Assembly: GCA_019056805.1 (NCBI GenBank)
Contig: DXJG01000002.1
Coordinates: 223,103 to 255,102, forward strand
Direction of reading: 5' to 3'
DNA: 32,000 bases
Source of the DNA: Candidatus Baldrarchaeota archaeon
GTDB lineage: Archaea; Asgardarchaeota; Baldrarchaeia; Baldrarchaeales; DXJG01
The translations under genes and the position numbers were made by a program. The notes under the pieces were generated by a model that was not told the DNA's origin, did not search any database, and was given only the letters and a program-made list of their open reading frames with translations. Positions 9,369-18,979 of the stretch are shown here, in pieces. Numbering within the stretch: position 1 is the stretch's first letter; every line of letters starts with the position of its first letter.

Positions 9369-10643
9369 ATGAGCGATTCAATAGAGAAATTCGCAGAGAT
9401 GTATGCAAAAACACCTGGCTACATCGTAGTGGGAAAACACAAACATTCTGCCGTAAAACCTTGTCACTGGTTTGAACAAAAATTGTTTACAGGTATGCGT
9501 CATTGTTACAAGGAAAGATTTTACGGAATAAGATCACATCAATGTTTACAAAACAGCCCTATGATTTTTTGCAATCACAAATGTATTTACTGCTGGAGAA
9601 TTCACCCTACAGATGTAGGCCTATTAATTAACGAAACAGCTCTAGAAAAATTAAGTCTAGATGAACCCAAAATAATAGTAGATGAGATGATTAAAGCTCA
9701 AAAACAAATAGTTAGAGATAAATATCCTCTCGAAAGACTACTTCAACACTATGAAAACATAGTTACGGTTTTTGAAATATTATTTAAAGAGAATCAACCA
9801 CTCTCTCTAGATATCCTTGTATCGAAAACCAAAATTTCCAAAAGAAAAATTAAAGATGCCTTAAGACATCTCTTAAGAGAAGAATATGTGATTAGGACAG
9901 AAAAAGAAATATACGCCCTATCAAAGAATATAAAAAATGAAATTACCAACATTAAAGACATCGAGGAACTCGTTAAAAGAAAATTAGTTAACCCAGAACT
10001 TGTAAAGAAAGTTTGGAAGGAGGCTACTAGTCCAAAACATGCCGCTATTTCTTTGACTGGTGAGCCAATGATGTATCCTTACATTGACGACCTTGTATCC
10101 GAATTCCATAAAAGAGGATTCACAACATTCATTGTAACAAATGGAACATTTCCCGAAAGATTAAGCGAAATGAACGAACTTCCAACTCAACTCTATGTCA
10201 CTTTACCCGCTCCAAACGAAACAATCTACAAAAAAGTATGTGTTCCCTATATTAGAGATGGATGGAAAAAACTTAATCAAACATTAGAACTACTTCAAAC
10301 TCTAAATTGCCGAACAGTAATTAGAATAACTGCAGTGAAAAATTTGAACATGACCGAGCCAGAAAAATACGCAAAAATCATAGAAAAAGCAAATCCAAAT
10401 TTTCTAGAGGTAAAGGGATTTTCCCTTCTGGGAGGAGCTAGATTAAGACTTGAAAAATATGCTGAAAGAAAGGGATTGAACACCGAAGATATTGCCAAGA
10501 TATTTCAACCTAAACATGAAGATATCATGGAATTTGCATACAAAATCTGTAAAGTGTCAGGTTTTCCCGTTGTAGATCAATTTAAACCTAGTGCAGTTGC
10601 ATTAATAACCGTAAATTGGGATAAAAAATCTACAAAATTTTAA
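9369..10643 (+). CDS. tyw1: 4-demethylwyosine synthase TYW1/Taw1 (radical SAM tRNA wyosine enzyme) with an internal insertion
   Basis: HSAVKPCHW, CYKERFYGI.SHQC (cluster II Cys residues and Schiff-base Lys), CNHKCIYC radical SAM motif, PKHAAISLTGEP, TFIVTNGT, PTQLYVTL, P.FLEVK. Confidence 0.95.
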   Translation: MSDSIEKFAEMYAKTPGYIVVGKHKHSAVKPCHWFEQKLFTGMRHCYKERFYGIRSHQCLQNSPMIFCNHKCIYCWRIHPTDVGLLINETALEKLSLDEPKIIVDEMIKAQKQIVRDKYPLERLLQHYENIVTVFEILFKENQPLSLDILVSKTKISKRKIKDALRHLLREEYVIRTEKEIYALSKNIKNEITNIKDIEELVKRKLVNPELVKKVWKEATSPKHAAISLTGEPMMYPYIDDLVSEFHKRGFTTFIVTNGTFPERLSEMNELPTQLYVTLPAPNETIYKKVCVPYIRDGWKKLNQTLELLQTLNCRTVIRITAVKNLNMTEPEKYAKIIEKANPNFLEVKGFSLLGGARLRLEKYAERKGLNTEDIAKIFQPKHEDIMEFAYKICKVSGFPVVDQFKPSAVALITVNWDKKSTKF

Positions 10644-10663
10644 GGTATTGGAGAGACTGACCA

Positions 10664-11554
10664 GTGACCAAAGTTAGATTTGGTCCAAGCGGATCAACAA
10701 AAACCCTAGAACCTTTAGAAGCATTGGAGTATATTACCAGTGATTTTACGGAGTTAAAAGCTTTCGAAGTTCCCTTCACAATGTATCAGTATCAACTACC
10801 TTCGTATTCCTCCGAGTATAAAGAAAATTTTCAAAAGCTTCTTCAAAAACATGAAATATATGCTTCTTGTCATGCTCCGTTTACTATCAGTTTAACTAAT
10901 TTAAGACAGTTTCGTTCTTACGGTAAAAAACGTCTTTTAAAAGTTATGAAATTAGCTAAGGGACTGGGATGTAGTATTGTAGTTATTCACCCAGGAGGAT
11001 ACCAAGAGGGATTAAAGAAAGAAAATCATATTAAAATAGTTGTTAAACATTGTAAAGAGGTTTTAAGTGAAATTCAAAATATATACTTGGGTTTAGAAAC
11101 TACAGGCAAGCATAGACAGTTTGGCAAGCTTGAAGAACTTCTCGAGGTTGTTCAACAAGTTGAAAAAGTCAAGATAGTTCTTGACTGGGCTCATATTCAT
11201 GCAAGGGGTGGAGGAGTCTTAAAAAACTTGGATGATGCAATAAATGTCCTTCAGAAACTTGAGAATACTTTAGGAAACGACGTTCTTAAAGATTTACACA
11301 TGCATTTTACTGGTGTCGAATTTACAATTATACAGCAACCCACACTTTCACTAGAAACATTTCTAACTGGTAAAAAGGAAATTATAAGAGAAGGATCTGA
11401 GAAAAAACATTTACCGATCAACCAGAATAGTCCTGACCCTAAACTTATTCTAAAAGCTATAAAAGAATTCAATGTGTCTGGAACTATAATATGTGAAAGC
11501 CCACTAAGAGAGATAGACGCTTTGCAACTGTTTAAAATATACGAAACATTATGA
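10664..11554 (+). CDS. nfo: Endonuclease IV (AP endonuclease family 2, TIM barrel)
   Basis: RFGPSG, HAP, HPG, GLETTGK, DWAHIHAR, HMHFTG, KHLP, ICESP metal-binding pattern of archaeal Nfo. 20 nt downstream of tyw1. Confidence 0.85.
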   Translation: MTKVRFGPSGSTKTLEPLEALEYITSDFTELKAFEVPFTMYQYQLPSYSSEYKENFQKLLQKHEIYASCHAPFTISLTNLRQFRSYGKKRLLKVMKLAKGLGCSIVVIHPGGYQEGLKKENHIKIVVKHCKEVLSEIQNIYLGLETTGKHRQFGKLEELLEVVQQVEKVKIVLDWAHIHARGGGVLKNLDDAINVLQKLENTLGNDVLKDLHMHFTGVEFTIIQQPTLSLETFLTGKKEIIREGSEKKHLPINQNSPDPKLILKAIKEFNVSGTIICESPLREIDALQLFKIYETL

Positions 11555-11563
11555 CATGATATT

Positions 11564-12334
11564 TTAATCATTAGTAGATTCTAATCCAAAAAGGTTAAGT
11601 GCATTCTTAGTTGTGATTTCAGCTATTTTCCCTAAAGGTTCGTTTTTAATTTCAGCTACTTTTACTGCCGCGTAAAATACATTTGCTGGTTCATTCCTCT
11701 GACCTCTAAAAGGTGAGAGGAAAGGGCTATCAGTTTCCAAAACCATGTGATTTAACGAAACAATTTTAGCTATAGGATGAAACTGCGGTCGATTGACCAC
11801 GGCAGTAGGAATGGAAATGAGCCAACCATGTTCCATAGCTATTTTTGCATCTTCTTGATTCCCTGTGAAACAATGTAACACAACGTTATCAGCATCCTCT
11901 TCTTTCAATATGTCAAGAGTAAGTTTCATAGCATCCCTGCTATGAACCACCAAGGGAAGCTCAAATTTTTTAGAAAGCCTTATAAATTCCCTAAATGTTT
12001 CCTGTTGAAGTTTTCTCAAATCTTCAGACTTAACATGATAAAAATCAAGTCCAACCTCACCAACCCCTAAAATATTTCTTTTATATTTCTCAATCAGTTT
12101 TACGGTCTGTTTGAAGGTTTCCCTAGTTACTCCCGGAGGATGAAGACCTAAGGTAACATAAACATAATCTTTGTATTTTTCCATAATTTTAAGGGATGAA
12201 AAGAAATCCTCTGGCGATATAGACGAAGTCACAATCAAAATTAGCCCTCTTTCTTTTGCTCTTAAAATGACATGGTCTATATCTTTCCTAAAATGTCTTA
12301 TTGTTAAATGACAGTGGGTATCGACTAGATTCAT
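11564..12334 (-). CDS. tatD: TatD-family metal-dependent nuclease/hydrolase
   Basis: DTHCHL, GLHP, GEVGLD, HSR, HCF, ETDSPFL, NEP. ATG 12334 lies 6 nt after GGTG. Confidence 0.95.
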   Translation of the reverse strand: MNLVDTHCHLTIRHFRKDIDHVILRAKERGLILIVTSSISPEDFFSSLKIMEKYKDYVYVTLGLHPPGVTRETFKQTVKLIEKYKRNILGVGEVGLDFYHVKSEDLRKLQQETFREFIRLSKKFELPLVVHSRDAMKLTLDILKEEDADNVVLHCFTGNQEDAKIAMEHGWLISIPTAVVNRPQFHPIAKIVSLNHMVLETDSPFLSPFRGQRNEPANVFYAAVKVAEIKNEPLGKIAEITTKNALNLFGLESTND

Positions 12335-12409
12335 TATCAACACCTTATTAAGCACACTTTTAATCTTAAGTTATGTAAATTGTGCGGTACCTTAACTAGG
12401 TGGCTTATA

Positions 12410-13885
12410 GTGGATATTAAAAAGCTTCGAAAAGTCAAAAATTTAGCTTTAAGAATGGTAAAGCCTACCAAATATGAAATAGAGGAACAAAAAGAAGTTA
12501 TTAATGGTCTTAAAAAATCTATTGAGAAAATAGCAAAAAAAGCAGGATATAAATTTCTTTTTATTGAAGCGGAAGGTAGCACAGGTATCAAACAAACCCA
12601 ACTAAGAGGTGCAAGTGACATAGATATTTTTGTTGCTCTATCCCCTAATGATTATCAAAATATATTAAGACTTCCAACGAAGAAGATGATAAAAGAAAAA
12701 TTACATAAGGAATTTGAAATAATTGTTGAAAAATGGTTTAAACCTGCAGCTAAAGATGCTGGTTGCACAGACATTAAAATAACATACGCTGAGCATCCTT
12801 ATCTTTCCGCTAAAATTAGAGGCTTTGACGTAGATATCGTAGCTGGTTTTTGGTTAGAACCGCAAGAATTGTTAAGACATGGCCCAATAACCGCGGTCGA
12901 TAGAACCCCTCATCACACTCAATTCGTACACAAAAATCTTTCGATGGAGCAAAGAGATGAAGTAAGACTTTTAAAAGCTTTTTTAAAGGCATGTCATGTA
13001 TATGGAGATAAATGTGCTATAGGGAGAAGCGGATTCACCGGTTTCAGCGTCGAGCTCCTAATTTTTTTCTATAAAACTTTTGAAAACACGCTGATAAATC
13101 TTAAAAATCTACCTCAACAGCCAATCGATTTCTTCGGTAGAAAAAAGGAGGAACTAAGGAAACATCCTAAATTTGGAAGAGATTTTCTAATTATTATAGA
13201 TCCGACTGATCCAAATAGAAATGTTGCAGCAAGTATTGACAAGCGGGCGTATCTATATGTCAATCACGTATCACAAAAATTTCTTGAAGAACCTTCAATT
13301 GATTACTTCATCGAGAAACCTATCGAACCTCTTTCATTAGAAGAGGAAGAAAAATACAAAGGGCACCTAGTAGTTGTAGAGTTCGAAAATACAAAAAACA
13401 TGCATTACGTAATTCTCAGGGATAAATTATATAAATTAGCGTCACATGTTGCTTTTCTTTTAGAAAAAGAGGAAACGGGAGAAGAAAGATTTGGAAAAGC
13501 AATATATGAAGTTTATTTTGAAGATCCAATCTATGCTGTAGGTTTTTATTGTATGAAAAGTGAACTAGAACCGTATTTTTTAAGAAAAGGACCGCCTAGT
13601 AACATTGTAGACTATGTAAGAGATTTTTTGAAAAAACATCCTGATGCTTTTGAGAAAAACGGTTTTTATTGGGCGAAAATTAAAAGAAAGTATACTAAGC
13701 CATTAGACCTTGTTTTTGATTGTTTGATTAAGGATGAAGGGGTGCTATCCCAAATAAGTCTCAGAGACACAAAATTTTTGGGAGTTTCCAACATAGGTCT
13801 TACAATTGTAGGGAAAAGAGTGGCGACAGTGATTGTTAAGATGTTATTACCAGTTATTTATCCCGAACTTTGTTTTTCAACATAG
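12410..13885 (+). CDS. cca: CCA-adding enzyme (class I archaeal tRNA nucleotidyltransferase)
   Basis: GS...DIDIF nucleotidyltransferase signature, YAEHPY, DRTPHH, EVRLLK.F.K, GF.G...ELL..FY, DP.DPNRNVAA. GTG 12410 follows AGGTG. Confidence 0.92.
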   Translation: MDIKKLRKVKNLALRMVKPTKYEIEEQKEVINGLKKSIEKIAKKAGYKFLFIEAEGSTGIKQTQLRGASDIDIFVALSPNDYQNILRLPTKKMIKEKLHKEFEIIVEKWFKPAAKDAGCTDIKITYAEHPYLSAKIRGFDVDIVAGFWLEPQELLRHGPITAVDRTPHHTQFVHKNLSMEQRDEVRLLKAFLKACHVYGDKCAIGRSGFTGFSVELLIFFYKTFENTLINLKNLPQQPIDFFGRKKEELRKHPKFGRDFLIIIDPTDPNRNVAASIDKRAYLYVNHVSQKFLEEPSIDYFIEKPIEPLSLEEEEKYKGHLVVVEFENTKNMHYVILRDKLYKLASHVAFLLEKEETGEERFGKAIYEVYFEDPIYAVGFYCMKSELEPYFLRKGPPSNIVDYVRDFLKKHPDAFEKNGFYWAKIKRKYTKPLDLVFDCLIKDEGVLSQISLRDTKFLGVSNIGLTIVGKRVATVIVKMLLPVIYPELCFST

Positions 13886-14234
13886 TTTCTTCTAAGAAGT
13901 CGGATAATGTTGCATACCATTCCTTAATTTTTTCATTTATTTTTTCCTTTATAATATTTAGGGAAACAGCTTTGTACTCAAAATAGTATCCACCGTTTTT
14001 CATAGTTTTGGATTCCCTAATTGCTAAACCTTTGTTAACTAAATTTGCCAACGCTCTTTGAATAGTACTCCTGTTACAATTTAATTTACTCGATAACTCT
14101 TTAACAGTAGTTTCACCTTCCAATAACTTAAAGTAAACATCGACATCTAAACTACGCAAATTTAAGACGCACTTCATTAAACTCTGAAAATCAATTTTAC
14201 CATTTAACATAACCTTTCTATTTTTAACTTCCAT
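13854..14234 (-). CDS. Winged-HTH transcriptional regulator (TrmB/COG3355-like)
   Basis: C.L.L..LD..VY..LL, L....RST.QRAL.NL..KGL..R, GGYYF.Y pattern. RBS GGTGA. Overlaps the cca 3' end by 32 nt (convergent). Confidence 0.88.
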   Translation of the reverse strand: MEVKNRKVMLNGKIDFQSLMKCVLNLRSLDVDVYFKLLEGETTVKELSSKLNCNRSTIQRALANLVNKGLAIRESKTMKNGGYYFEYKAVSLNIIKEKINEKIKEWYATLSDFLEETMLKNKVRDK

Positions 14235-14502
14235 GTAATCACCGTTTTAATGACATTTCAGGTGATGTTATTACGCATTCAAAAGTTTACCCTAGGATTT
14301 CATGTATAAAACTCATTTATTCAAACTTCTTAATTAATATGTCCATTAATTTAACAGGTCTAATGTTGTAAAGTAGATTCGGTGATTAAATAGATTTAAA
14401 TTAAGATTCTACGTAAAATTAGTTTACTATTAGATGCTTCCACATAGTATTTTGTTAATAAAACCATGTAGTAGATGTAATATAGAGCGGTAAGAATAAA
14501 AG

Positions 14503-14510
14503 TTAATAAG
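14503..14510 (+). promoter_or_regulatory. Candidate TATA box of psmB
   Basis: TTAATAAG preceded by purine-rich AATAAAAG; AGGAGG RBS at about 14542. Confidence 0.45.
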
Positions 14511-14555
14511 AGTAACGTCACATTGACTACTAACATGTAGAAGGAGGATAAAACT

Positions 14556-15182
14556 TTGACATTTCTATCTCCCGAAGATAAATATCCACAACCAATTGTT
14601 ACAGGAACAACAACAGTAGGTATAGTTTGTGATGGCGGCGTCGTACTAGCTACGGAATCTCAAGCAACGATGGGATATCTAGTTGCAAGTCATAAAGCAA
14701 CAAAAATACATAAAATAACAGACCACATAGCGATGACAATTTCGGGGTCAGTAGCAGATGCACAACAATTAATTAGAATCATTAGGGCAAACGTAAACCT
14801 AAGAAGACTAGAATTAGGAAGAGAAATAAGTGTAAGAGCAGTATCACAGCTCACAGCAGTAATGTTATTTCAAAACAGATTGTTCCCGCTAATAACAATG
14901 CTCATTGTCGGAGGAGTAGATGAAGAAGGTCCACATATATTCACCTTAGACCCATTGGGAAGTGTTCTTGAAGAAGATAAATTCGCAGCCACGGGATCTG
15001 GTAGTGTAATAGCTTATGGAGTACTTGAAGACGGGTATCGTGAAAAAATGTCAATCGACGAAGCGGTCGAATTAGCAAAAAGGGCAGTAAAAGCAGCCAG
15101 AAGAAGAGATATAGCATCAGGCGGTGTAATACAACTCGCAGTTATAACCAAAGACGGCATAAAAATGGAAGTAACAGATTAA
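14556..15182 (+). CDS. psmB: Proteasome beta subunit
   Basis: Propeptide ending in G followed by TTTVG (catalytic Thr1), KIHKI, SGSVADAQ, ATGSGS, RDIASG. Confidence 0.97.
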   Translation: MTFLSPEDKYPQPIVTGTTTVGIVCDGGVVLATESQATMGYLVASHKATKIHKITDHIAMTISGSVADAQQLIRIIRANVNLRRLELGREISVRAVSQLTAVMLFQNRLFPLITMLIVGGVDEEGPHIFTLDPLGSVLEEDKFAATGSGSVIAYGVLEDGYREKMSIDEAVELAKRAVKAARRRDIASGGVIQLAVITKDGIKMEVTD

Positions 15183-15193
15183 TTAATCTCTTT

Positions 15194-16720
15194 TTATCGG
15201 TATTCTGGTATTCGTTGCAATAACATACCCTCAACCGTTATGGGTTGTAATTTCATCGCAAGTGCATAAGCTTCGGAAAGTCTAGATTCCCTCTCTGCAC
15301 AAATTTCTAAAATTGGCTCTCCTCTCTTTACTTTATGACCACGTTTACCATAAAGAATAATACCAGCACCCTTATCCATGGGGGCACCAGCAGCCCTAGC
15401 AATTTTCTTAATTGCATCGTTACTTACATCAGTTATGTACCCATCGCATGGAGCTTCGATACGCACTCTATGTTCCCCGACAGGGATATCTTCAGGTTCA
15501 ACATTTGGATCCCCACCTTGTGCCTCTATGATTTCTCTCATCTTTTTTAATGCCTTTCCACTTGTTAAAATCTCCATAGCAATTCCTTTTCCTTTTCCTC
15601 GCATTGCTAAACCACCAAGTTCCAAGAGTATACCAGCAAGAGCAGTAGATTTTTCAATCAAACTAGTAGGACCTTTACCCTGAAGAGCAAGCAGAGCTTC
15701 CCTTGCCTCTAACGCTGGCCCAACTACATGCCCAACTGGTTGCCCACCATAAGTTATTCCACATTCAACGTGAATTCCCAATCTTTCACCGAGTTCAACA
15801 AATTTTCTAGCTAATGTTCTTGCTTCGTTCATGGTTTCAACTTTTGCTCCCTTTCCAGTTGGAATGTCAAGAACAAGAAAATCTACTCCCACGGCTAATT
15901 TCTTAGACATTATACTTGCTAACATTTGACTCTCGGGATCTAAAGCTAAGGGATATTCAACTCTGATGAATATATCATCAGCTGGGGCAATATTTAATCC
16001 ACCTCCCCATACAATGGCGCCACGAACCTTCTTTGCTATATCTTTAAGTTCCTGTGCTGTAAATTTTACTGGAGCAAGCACTTCCATAGTATCTGCGGTT
16101 CCAGCCGGACTTGTAATCGCCTTACTGCTTGTTTTTGGAATAAGTAGACCTGCAGCAGCAACTATAGGCACTATTAATAAACTAACCTTGTTACCGGGTA
16201 CACCACCAATTGAATGTTTATCATACACAGGTTCTTCGAAATCGATTTTTTCACCGACATCTGCCATAGCTCGTGCCATGTATTCTACTTCTTCCATGCT
16301 CATGCCATAAAATTCTTCAGCAAGAAGATATGCCGCGATTTCCAAGTCGCTAAGATTTCCCTCAACAACGTCTCTAACAATAGCAAAAATCTCATCTTTG
16401 GAAAGTGTAACTCCTTTTAATTTTTTCCTTATGTACTCTAAAGATTCGGGATAAGAGGCTAGCCGAATATTAACTTCATCCCCATCTTTTACATGTAATT
16501 TTTCCGCTATATCTTTCATAATTCCGATTTGACCAGAGTCGATAAAAGTAGCGGTTACCTGAACTATCGCTGTTATTTGGTTAGAACCAGACTGCACCCT
16601 TACACGGTCGTGTACATGGACTCCTATTTTCTCTGCATCCTCACGATTTAATATAATTGTTTGCTTGCCTGCGAGAATGTCAAGTAATTTTACTTTTAGT
16701 TTTGTCAAATTTAACCCCAA
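15194..16720 (-). CDS. deoA: AMP phosphorylase (archaeal NMP phosphorylase, thymidine phosphorylase family)
   Basis: N-terminal beta-barrel extension, DKHSIGGVPGNK, PKTSSKAITSPAGTAD, SIMSKK, DIPTG.GAK, GPALEAREAL; 508 aa. Confidence 0.95.
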   Translation of the reverse strand: MGLNLTKLKVKLLDILAGKQTIILNREDAEKIGVHVHDRVRVQSGSNQITAIVQVTATFIDSGQIGIMKDIAEKLHVKDGDEVNIRLASYPESLEYIRKKLKGVTLSKDEIFAIVRDVVEGNLSDLEIAAYLLAEEFYGMSMEEVEYMARAMADVGEKIDFEEPVYDKHSIGGVPGNKVSLLIVPIVAAAGLLIPKTSSKAITSPAGTADTMEVLAPVKFTAQELKDIAKKVRGAIVWGGGLNIAPADDIFIRVEYPLALDPESQMLASIMSKKLAVGVDFLVLDIPTGKGAKVETMNEARTLARKFVELGERLGIHVECGITYGGQPVGHVVGPALEAREALLALQGKGPTSLIEKSTALAGILLELGGLAMRGKGKGIAMEILTSGKALKKMREIIEAQGGDPNVEPEDIPVGEHRVRIEAPCDGYITDVSNDAIKKIARAAGAPMDKGAGIILYGKRGHKVKRGEPILEICAERESRLSEAYALAMKLQPITVEGMLLQRIPEYR

Positions 16721-17164
16721 ATATGTTGTTTATAATCAAAGGGAGATTTATTATTGTAAATTTTAAATATAAGAATATCGAAACAAAAACACGATTATTT
16801 AGGTGGCAAAATATAAAAAATTGAAATGTATGCATTTATTTCAGCAAATCATTATGTTATTTTCTCTTGATTGTCATTTTTCGTTCAAAACACCATTAAA
16901 GAGTTTAGGGCAAATGATTGTAGTATTTAAAATAATTTATACTGAATATATACCAGATTTCTATGTTTAAAATTTAAAATATCAATTTATATTATTTTAT
17001 AACGTGTTTTCGTTTGCAGACTTTATATTTTAGCTATCTCTTTCTAGCTAAAATGTCCTAAACACGTAGCTACTTCAACAGTTAAAGTGGAAATCTTCAA
17101 ATAGATTAAGCAAATATTAGATATGATAAATTTAATGACGACATAGCTTGGAGGCTTCCTAAAT

Positions 17165-18919
17165 TTGAAATATACAAAAATTGTAGAATTCTACGAAAAA
17201 ATTGAACAAACAACCAAAAGACTTGAAATGACAGATTACCTTGTAAGACTTTTTAAGGAAACACCTAAAGAAATAATTGATAAAGTAGTTTATTTAACAC
17301 AAGGGAAAATATATCCCGATTTTGTTGAACTTGAACTTGGCGTGGCCGAAAAAATGGCCATGAGAGCGATAGCAAACGCCACAGGAGCAACAATAAAGGA
17401 CATAGAAGAAGATTTTAGAAAAACCGGAGACCTAGGTTTAACTGCTGAAAACTTCATTAAAAAGAAAAGACAACTAACTCTTTTTGCAAAACCCCTGACG
17501 GTTGATCACGTTTATAACGTTTTTGATAAGATAGCAAAAGCTACGGGTGAAGGATCCCAAGACTTAAAAATTAGACTACTTTCCGGTTTACTCACTAATG
17601 CACAACCTAAGGAAGGCAAATATATAATTAGAACAGTTACTGGTAGATTAAGACTCGGTATAGCAGATATGACCATACTGGACGCATTAGCAATAGCTTT
17701 TACTGGTAGTAAAGAAAATAGACCTGTACTCGAGAGAGCATATAATCTTTGCAGCGACTTAGGTGAAGTCGCGAAAACAGTTGCTGAAAAAGGGCTTGAA
17801 GGAGTAAAACAATTCGAAATCAGAGTGGGAAGACCCATAAGACCCATGTTAGCTCAAAGATTATCAACTCCTGAAGAAATTCTAGAAAAACTTAGTGGAA
17901 AAGCAGCTTGTGAGTGGAAATTTGACGGGGAAAGAGTACAAATACATAAAGATGGAAGCAATGTACAACTTTTTTCAAGAAGACTTGAAAACATTACAGA
18001 ACAGTATCCAGATGTACAAGACTATGTGAGAAAACATATTAAACCAAATGAAGTCATTGTTGAGGGAGAAATAGTAGCAATTGACCCAGAAACAGAAGAA
18101 ATGCTCCCATTTCAAGAATTAATGCATAGAAGAAGAAAATATGAAATAGAAAAAGCAATAGAAATGTACCCGGTTAATGTATACCTTTTTGATATACTGT
18201 ATGTAGATGGAGAAGATCTTACAACAAAACCATATACAGAAAGACGAAACCGCCTTAAAGAAATTGTAGAAGAAAACAACATAAAAATAGCACCAGCAAT
18301 CATTACCGACGATATCAAGGAAATAGAAAAATTCTTCGAAGAGGCTATAGAAAACGGATGTGAGGGATTAGTACTTAAATCAGTTAAATCAGACAGTATA
18401 TATCAAGCAGGAGCAAGAGGATGGCTTTGGATAAAACTAAAACGTAGCTATCAATCAAAGATGGTTGAACCCATAGACGTCGTTATAGTAGGAGCATTTG
18501 CAGGCAAAGGAAAACGAGCAGGAACATACGGCGCTTTACTCGTAGCAGCATATAACAAAGAAAAAGATGTATTCGAAACGATATGTAAAGTTGGAAGCGG
18601 ATTTACAGACGAAGATCTAGAAAATCTACCAAAAATTCTAGAAAAATATAAAGTAGAACATCGGCATCCTAGAGTTATATCAAAATTAGAACCTGATTTC
18701 TGGTTTGTTCCAGCTAAGGTCATTGAGATAATTGGCGATGAACTTACTCTTTCACCGGTCCATACATGTGCATGGGGAGTAATTAAAGAGGAGACAGGAA
18801 TAGCTGTTAGGTTTCCACGATTTACTGGTAGATGGAGAGACGATAAAGCCCCAGAAGATGCAACAACAACACAAGAAATCATACAGATGTATAAAGCTCA
18901 GCTTAAAACAATTTCATAA
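17165..18919 (+). CDS. lig: ATP-dependent DNA ligase (archaeal Lig1 type)
   Basis: PMLAQR, motif I EWKFDGER (adenylated Lys), EGE, FDILY, EGLV.K, WIK.K, OB domain, RFPRF; RBS GGAGG. Confidence 0.97.
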   Translation: MKYTKIVEFYEKIEQTTKRLEMTDYLVRLFKETPKEIIDKVVYLTQGKIYPDFVELELGVAEKMAMRAIANATGATIKDIEEDFRKTGDLGLTAENFIKKKRQLTLFAKPLTVDHVYNVFDKIAKATGEGSQDLKIRLLSGLLTNAQPKEGKYIIRTVTGRLRLGIADMTILDALAIAFTGSKENRPVLERAYNLCSDLGEVAKTVAEKGLEGVKQFEIRVGRPIRPMLAQRLSTPEEILEKLSGKAACEWKFDGERVQIHKDGSNVQLFSRRLENITEQYPDVQDYVRKHIKPNEVIVEGEIVAIDPETEEMLPFQELMHRRRKYEIEKAIEMYPVNVYLFDILYVDGEDLTTKPYTERRNRLKEIVEENNIKIAPAIITDDIKEIEKFFEEAIENGCEGLVLKSVKSDSIYQAGARGWLWIKLKRSYQSKMVEPIDVVIVGAFAGKGKRAGTYGALLVAAYNKEKDVFETICKVGSGFTDEDLENLPKILEKYKVEHRHPRVISKLEPDFWFVPAKVIEIIGDELTLSPVHTCAWGVIKEETGIAVRFPRFTGRWRDDKAPEDATTTQEIIQMYKAQLKTIS

Positions 18920-18950
18920 CCACATATAAGGATTGCAAAAATTAGAAATA

Positions 18951-18970
18951 ATATTAAAATAAAAAGAGAG
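18951..18970 (-). terminator. Candidate oligo-T terminator of the 16-aa peptide gene
   Basis: Minus strand reads CTCTCTTTTTATTTTAATAT about 10 nt after the TAA. Confidence 0.45.
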
Positions 18971-18979
18971 TCGTTGGTT

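Noticed and set aside
17085-17097. ORB-like TTAAAGTGGAAAT upstream of lig, and AT-rich 26960-27360 as a possible replication origin
   Set aside because: Mismatches the mini-ORB consensus, is a single copy, and no cdc6/orc1 or WhiP gene is nearby.
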